Of a stretch of DNA of 64,000 nucleotides, positions 1 to 8,041 are shown one piece after another. Numbering within the stretch: position 1 is the first letter of the stretch; every line of letters begins with the position of its first letter. The stretch comes from Gemmatimonadaceae bacterium (GTDB lineage Bacteria > Gemmatimonadota > Gemmatimonadetes > Gemmatimonadales > Gemmatimonadaceae). The stretch spans positions 250,626 through 314,625 of the forward strand of contig JBBDYC010000008.1 in NCBI GenBank assembly GCA_040901985.1. The letters run 5' to 3'. Under the pieces are notes generated by a model, which saw only the letters and a program-made list of their open reading frames with translations, had not been told where the DNA came from and did no database searches. A program made the position numbers and the translations under genes.

Positions 1-536
1 CTCACGCTGATGTCGCCGCTCACGGTCTCGATCCTCAGCCGGCCGCTGACGTTGCGCACGTCAATCTCCCCCGACACGCTCGATGTCTCGATCCGGTCCA
101 CGGCGTCGTGCACGGTGATGTCGCCGCTCGTCGTGCGCGCGGTGACCTCGGCTCGCGTGGCCCGGATGTCAATGCTGCCGGAGACGCTCGTCGCGGTCAC
201 CCGCGTGCCGATCGGCACGCTGACCTCGTACCGTCCGGTTCCCATCCGTCCGCCGACCGCGCGCGCGGTGATGGACGCGCGGCCGGGCGTGAAGCTCCGC
301 TCGAGGCGGCCGCGCTCGAGCGTCGCACTGATGTGGACGTCGGGCCGCTGCGAGCCGACGACGCGGATCTCGCCGCTGACGAGGCCGAGGTGCACGGCAC
401 CGCCGCGGCCGAGGACCACCGTGGTGTCAATGCGGTCGCCGTCGCGCTGGGCGTGCGCCGCGTTCGGCGCTCCGAGCAGCAGGAGCGCTCCGGCGATGAC
501 GATCGTTCCAGGGAAGTGCGGCGTCAGTCGGTCCAT
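1..536 (-). CDS. DUF4097-like beta-strand-repeat secreted protein (3' end beyond window edge)
   Basis: Hand translation from ATG at 536: MDRLTPHFPGTIVIAGALLLLGAPNAAHAQ (signal peptide), then repeated 'SVSGSI/TTSGDI/SVSGEI/TVSGDI' motifs; directly downstream of anti-sigma gene. Confidence 0.8.
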   Translation of the reverse strand, partial: MDRLTPHFPGTIVIAGALLLLGAPNAAHAQRDGDRIDTTVVLGRGGAVHLGLVSGEIRVVGSQRPDVHISATLERGRLERSFTPGRASITARAVGGRMGTGRYEVSVPIGTRVTATSVSGSIDIRATRAEVTARTTSGDITVHDAVDRIETSSVSGEIDVRNVSGRLRIETVSGDISV

Positions 537-539
537 CGG

Positions 540-1118
540 TCAGATCCCGGTCGGGAGCGTCGCCGCTTCCCGCAGGAGGGTGATCTTGCTGGTGTAGGCG
601 CGCGCGAACTGCGCGGCGAGGAATTGGCTGGATGGATCGGCCGCGAGCGCCTTGCGACTCTCGGCGATCGCGCGGTCAATCACGCGGAGGTTCGCCTGCA
701 GCACCGCGAGGGTACGCGGGTCGAGGACGTCACGTCGCTCGGCCACGAGGCCCTGGAGGAGCGCGATCTCCTCGTCCATCGTTGTCACGCTGGCGTCGAA
801 CGCGGCCAAGTGGAGCGCCGCCGCCGTCTCGTCGTCCACCGTGGCGGCAAGGCCCGGCGCGCCGGCGGTCGCCGACGGCGCGCGCGTGGCGATTGTCCAG
901 GTGATCCCGGACGTCACCGCGACGAGGAGCGAGGCGGCGACGAGCAGTCGCAGGCCGTTGTTCCAGCCGGGGAGGCGCGTCGGCCGCGCGGCGCGCGGCG
1001 GCGCCTGGCCAATCCGCGCCGCGATCCCCGGCCAGAGGTCGCGCGACGGCGTCAGCGGCGGGAGCTGCCTGGCCTCGGCCGCAATCCGTTCGAGTTCGAT
1101 GTCGTCGTGGTCGGTCAT
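540..1118 (-). CDS. putative membrane-anchored anti-sigma factor
   Basis: 'DLWPGIAARI' N-terminus, single TM segment (LLVAASLLVAVTSGITW); overlaps ECF sigma stop (ATGA). Confidence 0.7.
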   Translation of the reverse strand: MTDHDDIELERIAAEARQLPPLTPSRDLWPGIAARIGQAPPRAARPTRLPGWNNGLRLLVAASLLVAVTSGITWTIATRAPSATAGAPGLAATVDDETAAALHLAAFDASVTTMDEEIALLQGLVAERRDVLDPRTLAVLQANLRVIDRAIAESRKALAADPSSQFLAAQFARAYTSKITLLREAATLPTGI

Positions 1119-1687
1119 CGGTCCAGCATCCTCCTCAGGAGCATCCGGGCGCGGTGCAGTTGGGCCTTGCAGCCCCCGGCGGTCACGCCCAGCATCTCTC
1201 CAATCTCCTCGTGAGTGTAGCCCTCGACATCGTGCAGGACAAAGACCCGTCGGGCGCCTGGTGGCAGGGTGGCGATCGCCTGCTCGAGGTCGAGCGAGAG
1301 TCCGGGAACCGGGAGCGCCCTGACCTCCCCCGCCGAAATCGTGTCCATATCGTCAATGCCATCGTCGTGCCGTGTCCGTCGGCGCCCCTCGGCCTCGCGC
1401 TCGTTCAGCACCACGTTCACCGCCAGCCGGTGGAGCCAGGTGCCGAACGCCGCGTCGCCGCGGTAACTCGCCAGCTTCTCCCACGCCCGGACAAAGACGT
1501 CCTGCGTGAGCTCCTCCGCCCGTCCCCGGTCGCCGACCATCCGCACGCAGAGCGAGAAGACCCGGTCCACGTGCGCGCGGTACACCCGTTCGAAGGCGCG
1601 GCCGTCGCCGGCGGCGGCGAGCGCGACATCGTTGGGCGGCGGACCGGATGACCGGCGGGTGGGAAGGAGTGGCAGGGGCAGGGTCAT
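1115..1687 (-). CDS. ECF-family RNA polymerase sigma factor
   Basis: AEELTQDVFVRAW, FGTWLHRLAVN (region 2); LPPGARRVFVLHDVEGYTHEEIGEMLG (region 4); start trimmed to ATG 1687. Confidence 0.92.
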   Translation of the reverse strand: MTLPLPLLPTRRSSGPPPNDVALAAAGDGRAFERVYRAHVDRVFSLCVRMVGDRGRAEELTQDVFVRAWEKLASYRGDAAFGTWLHRLAVNVVLNEREAEGRRRTRHDDGIDDMDTISAGEVRALPVPGLSLDLEQAIATLPPGARRVFVLHDVEGYTHEEIGEMLGVTAGGCKAQLHRARMLLRRMLDR

Positions 1688-1713
1688 TCGGCGCCAGTGC
1701 TTCGTACGCCGGA

Positions 1714-1743
1714 TAGGATGGGGCGGGGGGCCAAAGGGTTTGA
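1714..1743 (-). promoter_or_regulatory. possible ECF autoregulatory promoter (TCAAAC-N17-CATCCTA)
   Basis: AAC-type -35 and CATC -10-like element just upstream of sigma gene; single copy only. Confidence 0.3.
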
Positions 1744-1846
1744 AGCCGTCCCCAGGCCGGGCTCCCGCAATCATATTGTTGGCGACACTCCCGACGGGCG
1801 CCAGCCGTAGGGGTTTCAGCGATCGGGCCACCAGCGAGGAGCGAGA

Positions 1847-2314
1847 ATGGGTGCGATGGGGATGGCACAGGGAGGGGGGGCGACGCCGGCGCAGCAGGCG
1901 CCGGTAGTCCCGACCGTCCCGCAGAGCCCGGGCGCGGCAACGGGCGCGACGCCGGCGGCCCCTGCGCCGCCGGCTGCGCCGGCGGCCCCCCCGGGGCAGC
2001 CGGGGACCGAGGCGATCGTCGTGCAGCCGCCGCCGTACCGGGTGGGCAACGAGATCCCGGCCGAGGTGATCCCGATCCTCGGGATTGTGTCGGGGACGCT
2101 CATTGCGCTGGTGATCGGCTATCCGATCGTGCGGTTGATCACGCGGCTGATCGAGCGTCGCACGGATCGGTCGCTCGTGCCGGGCGATCAGGTCGCGCTG
2201 CAGCTTCGGCAGCTGCAGGACAGCGTGGATACGATGGCAATCGAGCTCGAGCGGATCAGCGAGGCGCAGCGGTTCTCGGCGAGGTTGCTGGCGGAGCGGG
2301 GCGAGAAGGACTGA
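1847..2314 (+). CDS. hypothetical single-TM protein with Pro/Ala-rich N-terminus and C-terminal coiled coil
   Basis: GAGGAG RBS before ATG; TM segment; C-terminal LQDSVDTMAIELERISEAQRFSARLLAER. Confidence 0.75.
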   Translation: MGAMGMAQGGGATPAQQAPVVPTVPQSPGAATGATPAAPAPPAAPAAPPGQPGTEAIVVQPPPYRVGNEIPAEVIPILGIVSGTLIALVIGYPIVRLITRLIERRTDRSLVPGDQVALQLRQLQDSVDTMAIELERISEAQRFSARLLAERGEKD

Positions 2315-4432
2315 GCAGGAGGAGAGCAACGAGGCGCGGCGGGGCGGACTCCATCGGCACGTGGGTCGCCCGGTGGTGCTGCGCACCAGGCGAGCACGCG
2401 ACCAAGCCTGACGCGAAGGCAGCGGGGTCGCGGGTGGTGCGGACCAACTGACGGAGGCGCTGTGTCGTGCCGGCGCCCGGGCACGCCGCGAGTGAACGGA
2501 ACGCCTCGTGAAGCTGCGCGGCGAGGACGGCGCGCGCGGCGAGCGGTGCCGCGGCCAGTGCTGCATCAACGCGCCGACGCGCCGTCCGCCAGAGCTGATT
2601 GTCCGCGCCCCTCGCCGGGCCGACCTCACGATCCGCCTCGCGGCGCCGTCCCCAGGCGATCAGCGCCCGGCGCGCGCATTGATGCGCCTCGGGGTCCACC
2701 GCCCGCTCAGTCCCATCGGCACACTCGAGCATCGTCAGCAGCGCCTTTGGGGCATCGCTGACGCGGCAGCCACCGCGCCCGCAGCGGCCGGTGACGACTT
2801 GGGTCGTCGCGCCGCGTCGGAGCGCGGCAATGAATCCGTCCGCCGTGGCCTCGATCGCAGCGACGCGTGCGTTGCACCGGGGTTGCTGCGACCAGCGCCG
2901 AAGCCTCGACCCGATGGCCTCGACGACGTCGGTCACCGATATCGCGGCGGTACGGACCGTCTCCTTCTGGCGGAGACGCGCCTCGAGTCGCAGGATGGCG
3001 CGGGCGCCGGCGGGCGCGCGGAACTGCGTGACCAGCACCTCGCGCCCGCCCCAACACGCGCCAGACGCCCGAGCCGCTGCTCCAGTCGCGCCGGCGTCCA
3101 GGCGCCGTCGCCGTGCACAAGGATTCGCGCGCCCTGCAGCTCGACCCCCTCGGCAAGCAGGTCAGTGGCGAGGACAAGGCGGATCGCACGCGGATCGTCC
3201 GCACTCCACGGTTTGCCGTGCGCTCCGAGGGCGTCGAGCACCTCGGCGCGCCGCCATCGGCCGCCGGCGGCAAACACGCGCGCACCGGTCAGGGCGACGA
3301 CGCCCCCGACGTGCCGTAGCGCGCGCCAGAGCGCACGGATGGTCTCGGCGTGGTGGGCGAAGACGACCACGCGCTCCCGGTGTCGGGAGTCGAGAATCCG
3401 GCGCAACGATGCGGCGCGCGTGGCGGTGTCCGTGGCGACCGCTGGCGCAACGACCGCGCGCAGGTCGCGCACGGCCACCAGGTGCGCGCGCAGCAGGGTG
3501 AGCGCCTCGGCTGGCGGGGCGCGGTCCGTAGGTGCGGCCAGCGCGGGGAATGCGAGCTGAGTGGCGTCGTCGGCCACGATCCACTGGCGAAGTGACGCGC
3601 GATCCGGCCATCGGCCGGCGCCGAGCGCGTCGGCGAGCGCCGCGCCGCGCTGGAGTCGCCGGCGGAGCGACGCATCGAGGGCGGCGAGACTCGAGCACCA
3701 CGCCATTGCCAAGGAGATACGGATGAGCGCACGCGCGGCAGCGCCGTCGGCGGCCGGGAACGGCGGCGGCAACCGGGCGATCGCCGATCCGATCCCGCGG
3801 ACGTCGGCCGCGCTGGCGAGGGACGCGAGTCGCCGGACCACGGGGAGGTGCGACCGCTCGGCCTGTCGCCTGATGATCAACTGCGCGAGCGTCGCCGCAT
3901 CGAGCGCCGCGGCACGCCCGCCGAGGAAGAGCGCGAGGAGCGCGTCACGATCGGCGCGGCGATTCACCACGGGCGTGGCGGTGAGGAGCAACACCCGCGC
4001 TCCACTCGCGAGTCGCGCCGCCTGTTGGTAGCGTAGGGTCCCCGGGGTGCGCAGGTGGTGCGCCTCGTCAACGATCAGCAGCGGCGCGCGCGTCGGGTCT
4101 GCGGTGCGGCTCAACGCCTCGAACGATGTGAAACGGACCCGTGCCCCTGCCCGCGCCGCCGAGCGCTCCCACTGTGTGCGCAGCACGGCCGGCGCGAGCA
4201 CGAGAGCGTCGTCGAAACGGCGGGCGATTGCCAGCGCGATGACGGTCTTGCCCGTGCCAGGCGGGTCGGCGAGCAAGGCGCCGCCCGATCGCTCGAATGC
4301 CGTCTCAATCGCGGCGATTGCCTCGCACTGGGCTGGCCGGAGCGTGAATCGCCCCGCGGTGGCGGCGGACTGCTCACCGAACCAAGCGAGCGCCAGACGG
4401 GCGCGGACGGCCGCCGCGGCCCCCAACGTCAC
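2256..4432 (-). pseudogene. SNF2-like superfamily 2 helicase, split by an apparent 1-nt frameshift near 3045 (pseudogene or sequencing error)
   Basis: LLADPPGTGKT, IVDEAHH, LTATP, ATDLLAEG, RLEQRLGRLAR; GTG 4432 overlaps methylase TGA; plausible continuation EVLVTQFRAPAG in frame 2256..3038. Confidence 0.75.
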
Positions 4433-7400
4433 AACGCGTACCACGACAGGAGCGGCGCCAGGTCGGTATGGCGCACGCCGTACGCGTCGAGCGCCAGTGT
4501 GGTCAGCGTCCACGGGTCCGGCACATCTCCCGCTGCCGCAGCGCGCCCGATCGGCGCGAGGAGCGCGCGCGCCCGCTCCCAGCGCAGCGGCACCGGGAAT
4601 CGCGCCGTGGTCCAGCCGAGGAAGCGGCGGTATCCGCCACGCGCGGGTTCGGCGATTGCCGCGAGCCACGCGGCGCCCACGGGTGAATTGAACAGCACCG
4701 CCAGCGCGTGCGCATCGTCTTCGGTGCGCGTCCGCACCACGTAGCAGGTGTTCAGCGGCACCGTCAGGTCGCCGGCGCGGAGTACCAGCGCTCGGGGCGC
4801 GCGGCCGATGTCCGCCCAGACGACGCGTGGGCGGTCTGCCCTCGCGGCCTCCGTGCGAAAGAGCGCCCACCACGGCCCGTGCCGTCCGTCGGTGCGCAGT
4901 TCGAGCGCACGCCGCCACCGCACGAGCCAGCGTCGTGTCGCGGGCGGGAGCGCCGCCAGCGGCTCCCCGAGCGCGCCGTGCGTCCAGATCAAGGCCTCAG
5001 ACTTCGCGTCGGCGGCGATGCCCCAGGGCTGGACGTGCTCGCCGCGCAGCAGTGGACGCAGCCGATCCGTCTCGAGCATCTGGCGAGCCGCCTCCTCGGG
5101 CGAGACGATGAACGCGGCATTGCAGCCGCTCTTCACCCCAAGCAGCGGCCGTCCGAGCGCCGACGCGGCGAGCGGCACGCCCGCCATCGTCAACAGGTCG
5201 AACGCGGCGCGCACTTCCGGGGGGAGAATCAACCACGGGGCACCGACGGTCGCATCAAGCGCGAGGGCGGATCGCGAGATCTCCCAGGAAAGCGCCTGCT
5301 CCCCTCGGTGCACGGTCATCGTGAGTTCGGCGGTGCCGGACGCGCGGCGGGCGATGAGCGCCGACGGATAGACCGCGGCCTCGAACCCTGCCGTGGCGCC
5401 GCTCCACTCCTCGAGCACCAACGGAGGTGCCTGCCTGGTGAGCAGGGCTCGCACGCCGCCACCGGCCAATGCGATCCAGAGTTTCGCCGGCAGGAGCAGC
5501 GCGACGCACCCGGAGTCCGCGGTGAGACGGACCGCGCGTTCGGTGAAGAGTGCGGCGAGGTCCGCCTGCCCCGCGAACCCGCGTCCCGCTGCGGCCGCCT
5601 CGGCGCCGGCGCGCCAGGCGGCGTCACGGAAGGTCACGAACCGCGCGCGGAGCGCGTCGCGCATCTCAGCCGGGATCGCGTGCGTCCGAACCCAAGGCGG
5701 GTTGCCAATCACGAGCGAGAAGCCGCCCGCTCGTGCTGCCTCCGGAAAGTGCGTCACGAACGAAAAGGGGAGGGCGCCGCCGCTGCGCAGGTCGGCAAGC
5801 AACGACCGCGCGCGCCGCACGCCAGCCCGGCACGCCTCGAGCGCCGCGCGCGTCGCGTGGTCCAGCCCTCGCCGTGCCTGAAAGAGATCCGGCGACCGCG
5901 CCGCGGCGAGCAGCTCGCGTCGCGACGCACTGAGCTGCGCGACGCGCTGCCCGACCACCTGCATCGCACGCTGGCGCTCCTCTCGGTCGAGCGCGCGGGC
6001 GAGCGTACGCTTCCGGGCGCCGCTGGCGCGCGAATACCGGAGTCGCAGGCCCTCGACCCGCGCGTCGCGCACCGGCTCGCCGTCGGCGAACCCGTCCCCG
6101 GCCAGCGCATCGCCTTCCCGCACGTTGCGGTCGAGGTTCGGGAGAGGCGTCAGCTCGCGTGGGTCCTCGACGGTGTCGTCCACCACCACCGAGAGCCAGA
6201 GGCGCAGCTGGCAGAGCCAGACGGCGGTCGGGTCGCGGTCCACGCCGAAGATGCTCGACGCGAGCACCGCACGCCGCCGCGCCGCGACATCGCGCCGATC
6301 GCCGGCGGCGCCGTGCAGGGCGGCCAGCTCCTCCAGCGCAAAGACGAGGAAGGCCCCCGATCCGCAGGCGGGGTCGAGCACGCGAAGTCCGACGAGCGCC
6401 GCCCGCAGCGCCGCGCGCACCGCGGGCGTCAGGGTCGCGCCGGCGCGTGCCGCCTCGAGCATTCCGGCGTCAACGCCCCGCGGCGCGAGCAGGTGATCGA
6501 ACGCCGATCGGGTGAGCCGCGCGATCAACGGCGGCGGCGTGTAGAACGCGCCCTGCGCGCGCCGCGTCTCGGCGTGCATCAGCGACTCGAAGGCGCGGCC
6601 GAGCATCTCCGGGTCCACCGCCGCGTCCGACCACGCGGCCGACGTCTCGCGCGCCGTGAGTCGGTAGCGAGCGAGGAGGCCCCCGATCACTTCGCCGAGG
6701 GCGTCGTCGGTGAACCGAAGGGAGCGCCAACGGCGCTCGACCGCCGTGCGGGTGAACAGCCCACCATTCAGGAACGGCACGCGTCCGAACGCACGCGCTG
6801 CCGCCGCGCGGTGCCGGCTGGGCGTGTTCAGCGTGCCGAAGAAGAGCGGCTCGAGGAACCGGCGGTGCGCGCCGCGTCCGCCCGTGCAGCGCTCGAGATG
6901 CGTGCGGAGGAACTCACGCTCGCCGGCCAGCCAGCCGCGCGGTTCGAGAAAGGCCAGGAAGAGCAGCCGCGAGACGTGCAGCAAGGCGATGGTGCGGCGC
7001 TCCCGGTCCGGCGCCCCGCCTTCCGCCGTCTGCGCCAGCACGCCGACGCGCTCCTCGAGTTCGCGGTAGAACCGGCGCGAGAGGGCATCGCGGCCAAGGG
7101 TCTCGCGCCACCGTCGGTGAATCATCAGGTCCAGCGTCTCGCCGCACCCCGCCAGCGCGGCGAACGTCTCGGCGTCGCTCTCGCGCACGGCGGCGGGATC
7201 CACCTCGAGTGCGGCGATCGGAGCGCCGCCGCCCGGCGCCGGCGCGGCGATGATCAATTCCCCGCGCGCGGCCCTCCGCGCAACGAGGAGCCAGAGCAAC
7301 TCGGGCGCCTCGCGCGTAAGTTCCCGACAGACCGCCGCCGCCCGCTCCCGGGCCGCCTGGCCTCCGCTGAACTCCGCGCAGAGCACGCGCAGCATTCCGG

Positions 7401-7572
7401 TGCCGGCGGCGACGCGGACGCGCGTGCTGTCGAACGCCAGACCGAACCGCCGGCGCTGGGCGACGTCGAGCGGGTGAAGGGTACCGAGGCCGAGCGCGGC
7501 AACGAGCGGCGCGAGCGAGCCGGGTCCACGCGTCTGGGCCAGGAGCCGGGCGGCGTCGCGCGTGGTGAGCAC
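4429..7572 (-). CDS. N6-adenine DNA methyltransferase, Eco57I/TaqI-like (Type IIG-like architecture)
   Basis: PFLNGGLF, GAFYTP, VLDPACGSGAFL (SAM binding), IGNPPWV (catalytic), C-terminal TRD-like region; likely GTG start 7572. Confidence 0.88.
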   Translation of the reverse strand: MLTTRDAARLLAQTRGPGSLAPLVAALGLGTLHPLDVAQRRRFGLAFDSTRVRVAAGTGMLRVLCAEFSGGQAARERAAAVCRELTREAPELLWLLVARRAARGELIIAAPAPGGGAPIAALEVDPAAVRESDAETFAALAGCGETLDLMIHRRWRETLGRDALSRRFYRELEERVGVLAQTAEGGAPDRERRTIALLHVSRLLFLAFLEPRGWLAGEREFLRTHLERCTGGRGAHRRFLEPLFFGTLNTPSRHRAAAARAFGRVPFLNGGLFTRTAVERRWRSLRFTDDALGEVIGGLLARYRLTARETSAAWSDAAVDPEMLGRAFESLMHAETRRAQGAFYTPPPLIARLTRSAFDHLLAPRGVDAGMLEAARAGATLTPAVRAALRAALVGLRVLDPACGSGAFLVFALEELAALHGAAGDRRDVAARRRAVLASSIFGVDRDPTAVWLCQLRLWLSVVVDDTVEDPRELTPLPNLDRNVREGDALAGDGFADGEPVRDARVEGLRLRYSRASGARKRTLARALDREERQRAMQVVGQRVAQLSASRRELLAAARSPDLFQARRGLDHATRAALEACRAGVRRARSLLADLRSGGALPFSFVTHFPEAARAGGFSLVIGNPPWVRTHAIPAEMRDALRARFVTFRDAAWRAGAEAAAAGRGFAGQADLAALFTERAVRLTADSGCVALLLPAKLWIALAGGGVRALLTRQAPPLVLEEWSGATAGFEAAVYPSALIARRASGTAELTMTVHRGEQALSWEISRSALALDATVGAPWLILPPEVRAAFDLLTMAGVPLAASALGRPLLGVKSGCNAAFIVSPEEAARQMLETDRLRPLLRGEHVQPWGIAADAKSEALIWTHGALGEPLAALPPATRRWLVRWRRALELRTDGRHGPWWALFRTEAARADRPRVVWADIGRAPRALVLRAGDLTVPLNTCYVVRTRTEDDAHALAVLFNSPVGAAWLAAIAEPARGGYRRFLGWTTARFPVPLRWERARALLAPIGRAAAAGDVPDPWTLTTLALDAYGVRHTDLAPLLSWYAL

Positions 7573-7753
7573 CCGTCCACCCTTGCGCCGACGCTGCGTA
7601 CTGCCGGCACCGGATCCTTGCGGTCCGGTGCGAAGTCTGGCGAGCGCGCGCCGAGCTTGAGCATCGTCGCCTGTCGCATCTCTCCGCGCGTTCGATGCAA
7701 TAGACTTTGGCGGTCCGCATCGCGCCCGGTGCGGCGGCCGACCGCCACGACGC

Positions 7754-7794
7754 TCAGGCGGGCCCGGGGCCTCCCTGGCCCCGGGCCCGCCTGA
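7754..7794 (-). terminator. perfect 18-bp inverted repeat hairpin (probable terminator)
   Basis: TCAGGCGGGCCCGGGGCC-tccct-GGCCCCGGGCCCGCCTGA, 10 nt past the stop of 7805..8008; no U-tract. Confidence 0.6.
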
Positions 7795-7804
7795 CTGCGA
7801 TCGC

Positions 7805-8008
7805 CTAGAAGCCGAAGTCCGGCGGAGGCGGTGGCGGCTTGGTCGTGTCCGGGGGACCCGGGTTGGGGTCGTACTGGAATCGGTTGTACTCGATCCAATC
7901 CGTAAATAACTCCTGCCGGAGCCACTTCGCGGTGCGGTAGTCGCGAATCCCAAGGTAGAGCACCACGACGCCGATCAAGACGATCGCAATCTTCCAGCCC
8001 TTATGCAT
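7805..8008 (-). CDS. small membrane-anchored protein with Pro-rich C-terminus (67 aa)
   Basis: N-terminal hydrophobic segment; non-shadow composition; follows kinase gene; followed by strong hairpin. Confidence 0.65.
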   Translation of the reverse strand: MHKGWKIAIVLIGVVVLYLGIRDYRTAKWLRQELFTDWIEYNRFQYDPNPGPPDTTKPPPPPPDFGF

Positions 8009-8041
8009 ATGCCCCCCGGTTGACGAGTGATGACGATCGGG

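Noticed and set aside
1688..2629. Long N-terminal extension of the ECF sigma (and similar extensions on the MTase, MlaE, HAD and MntR ORFs)
   Set aside because: Extensions overlap real neighbouring genes and read as shadow sequence; starts were trimmed
4708..7794. 1028-aa plus-strand ORF and other long shadows (e.g. 8195..10258, 40652..42607, 43806..46292, 49718..52348)
   Set aside because: Antisense to motif-bearing genes, Arg/Ala/Gly-rich with no motifs; expected at high GC
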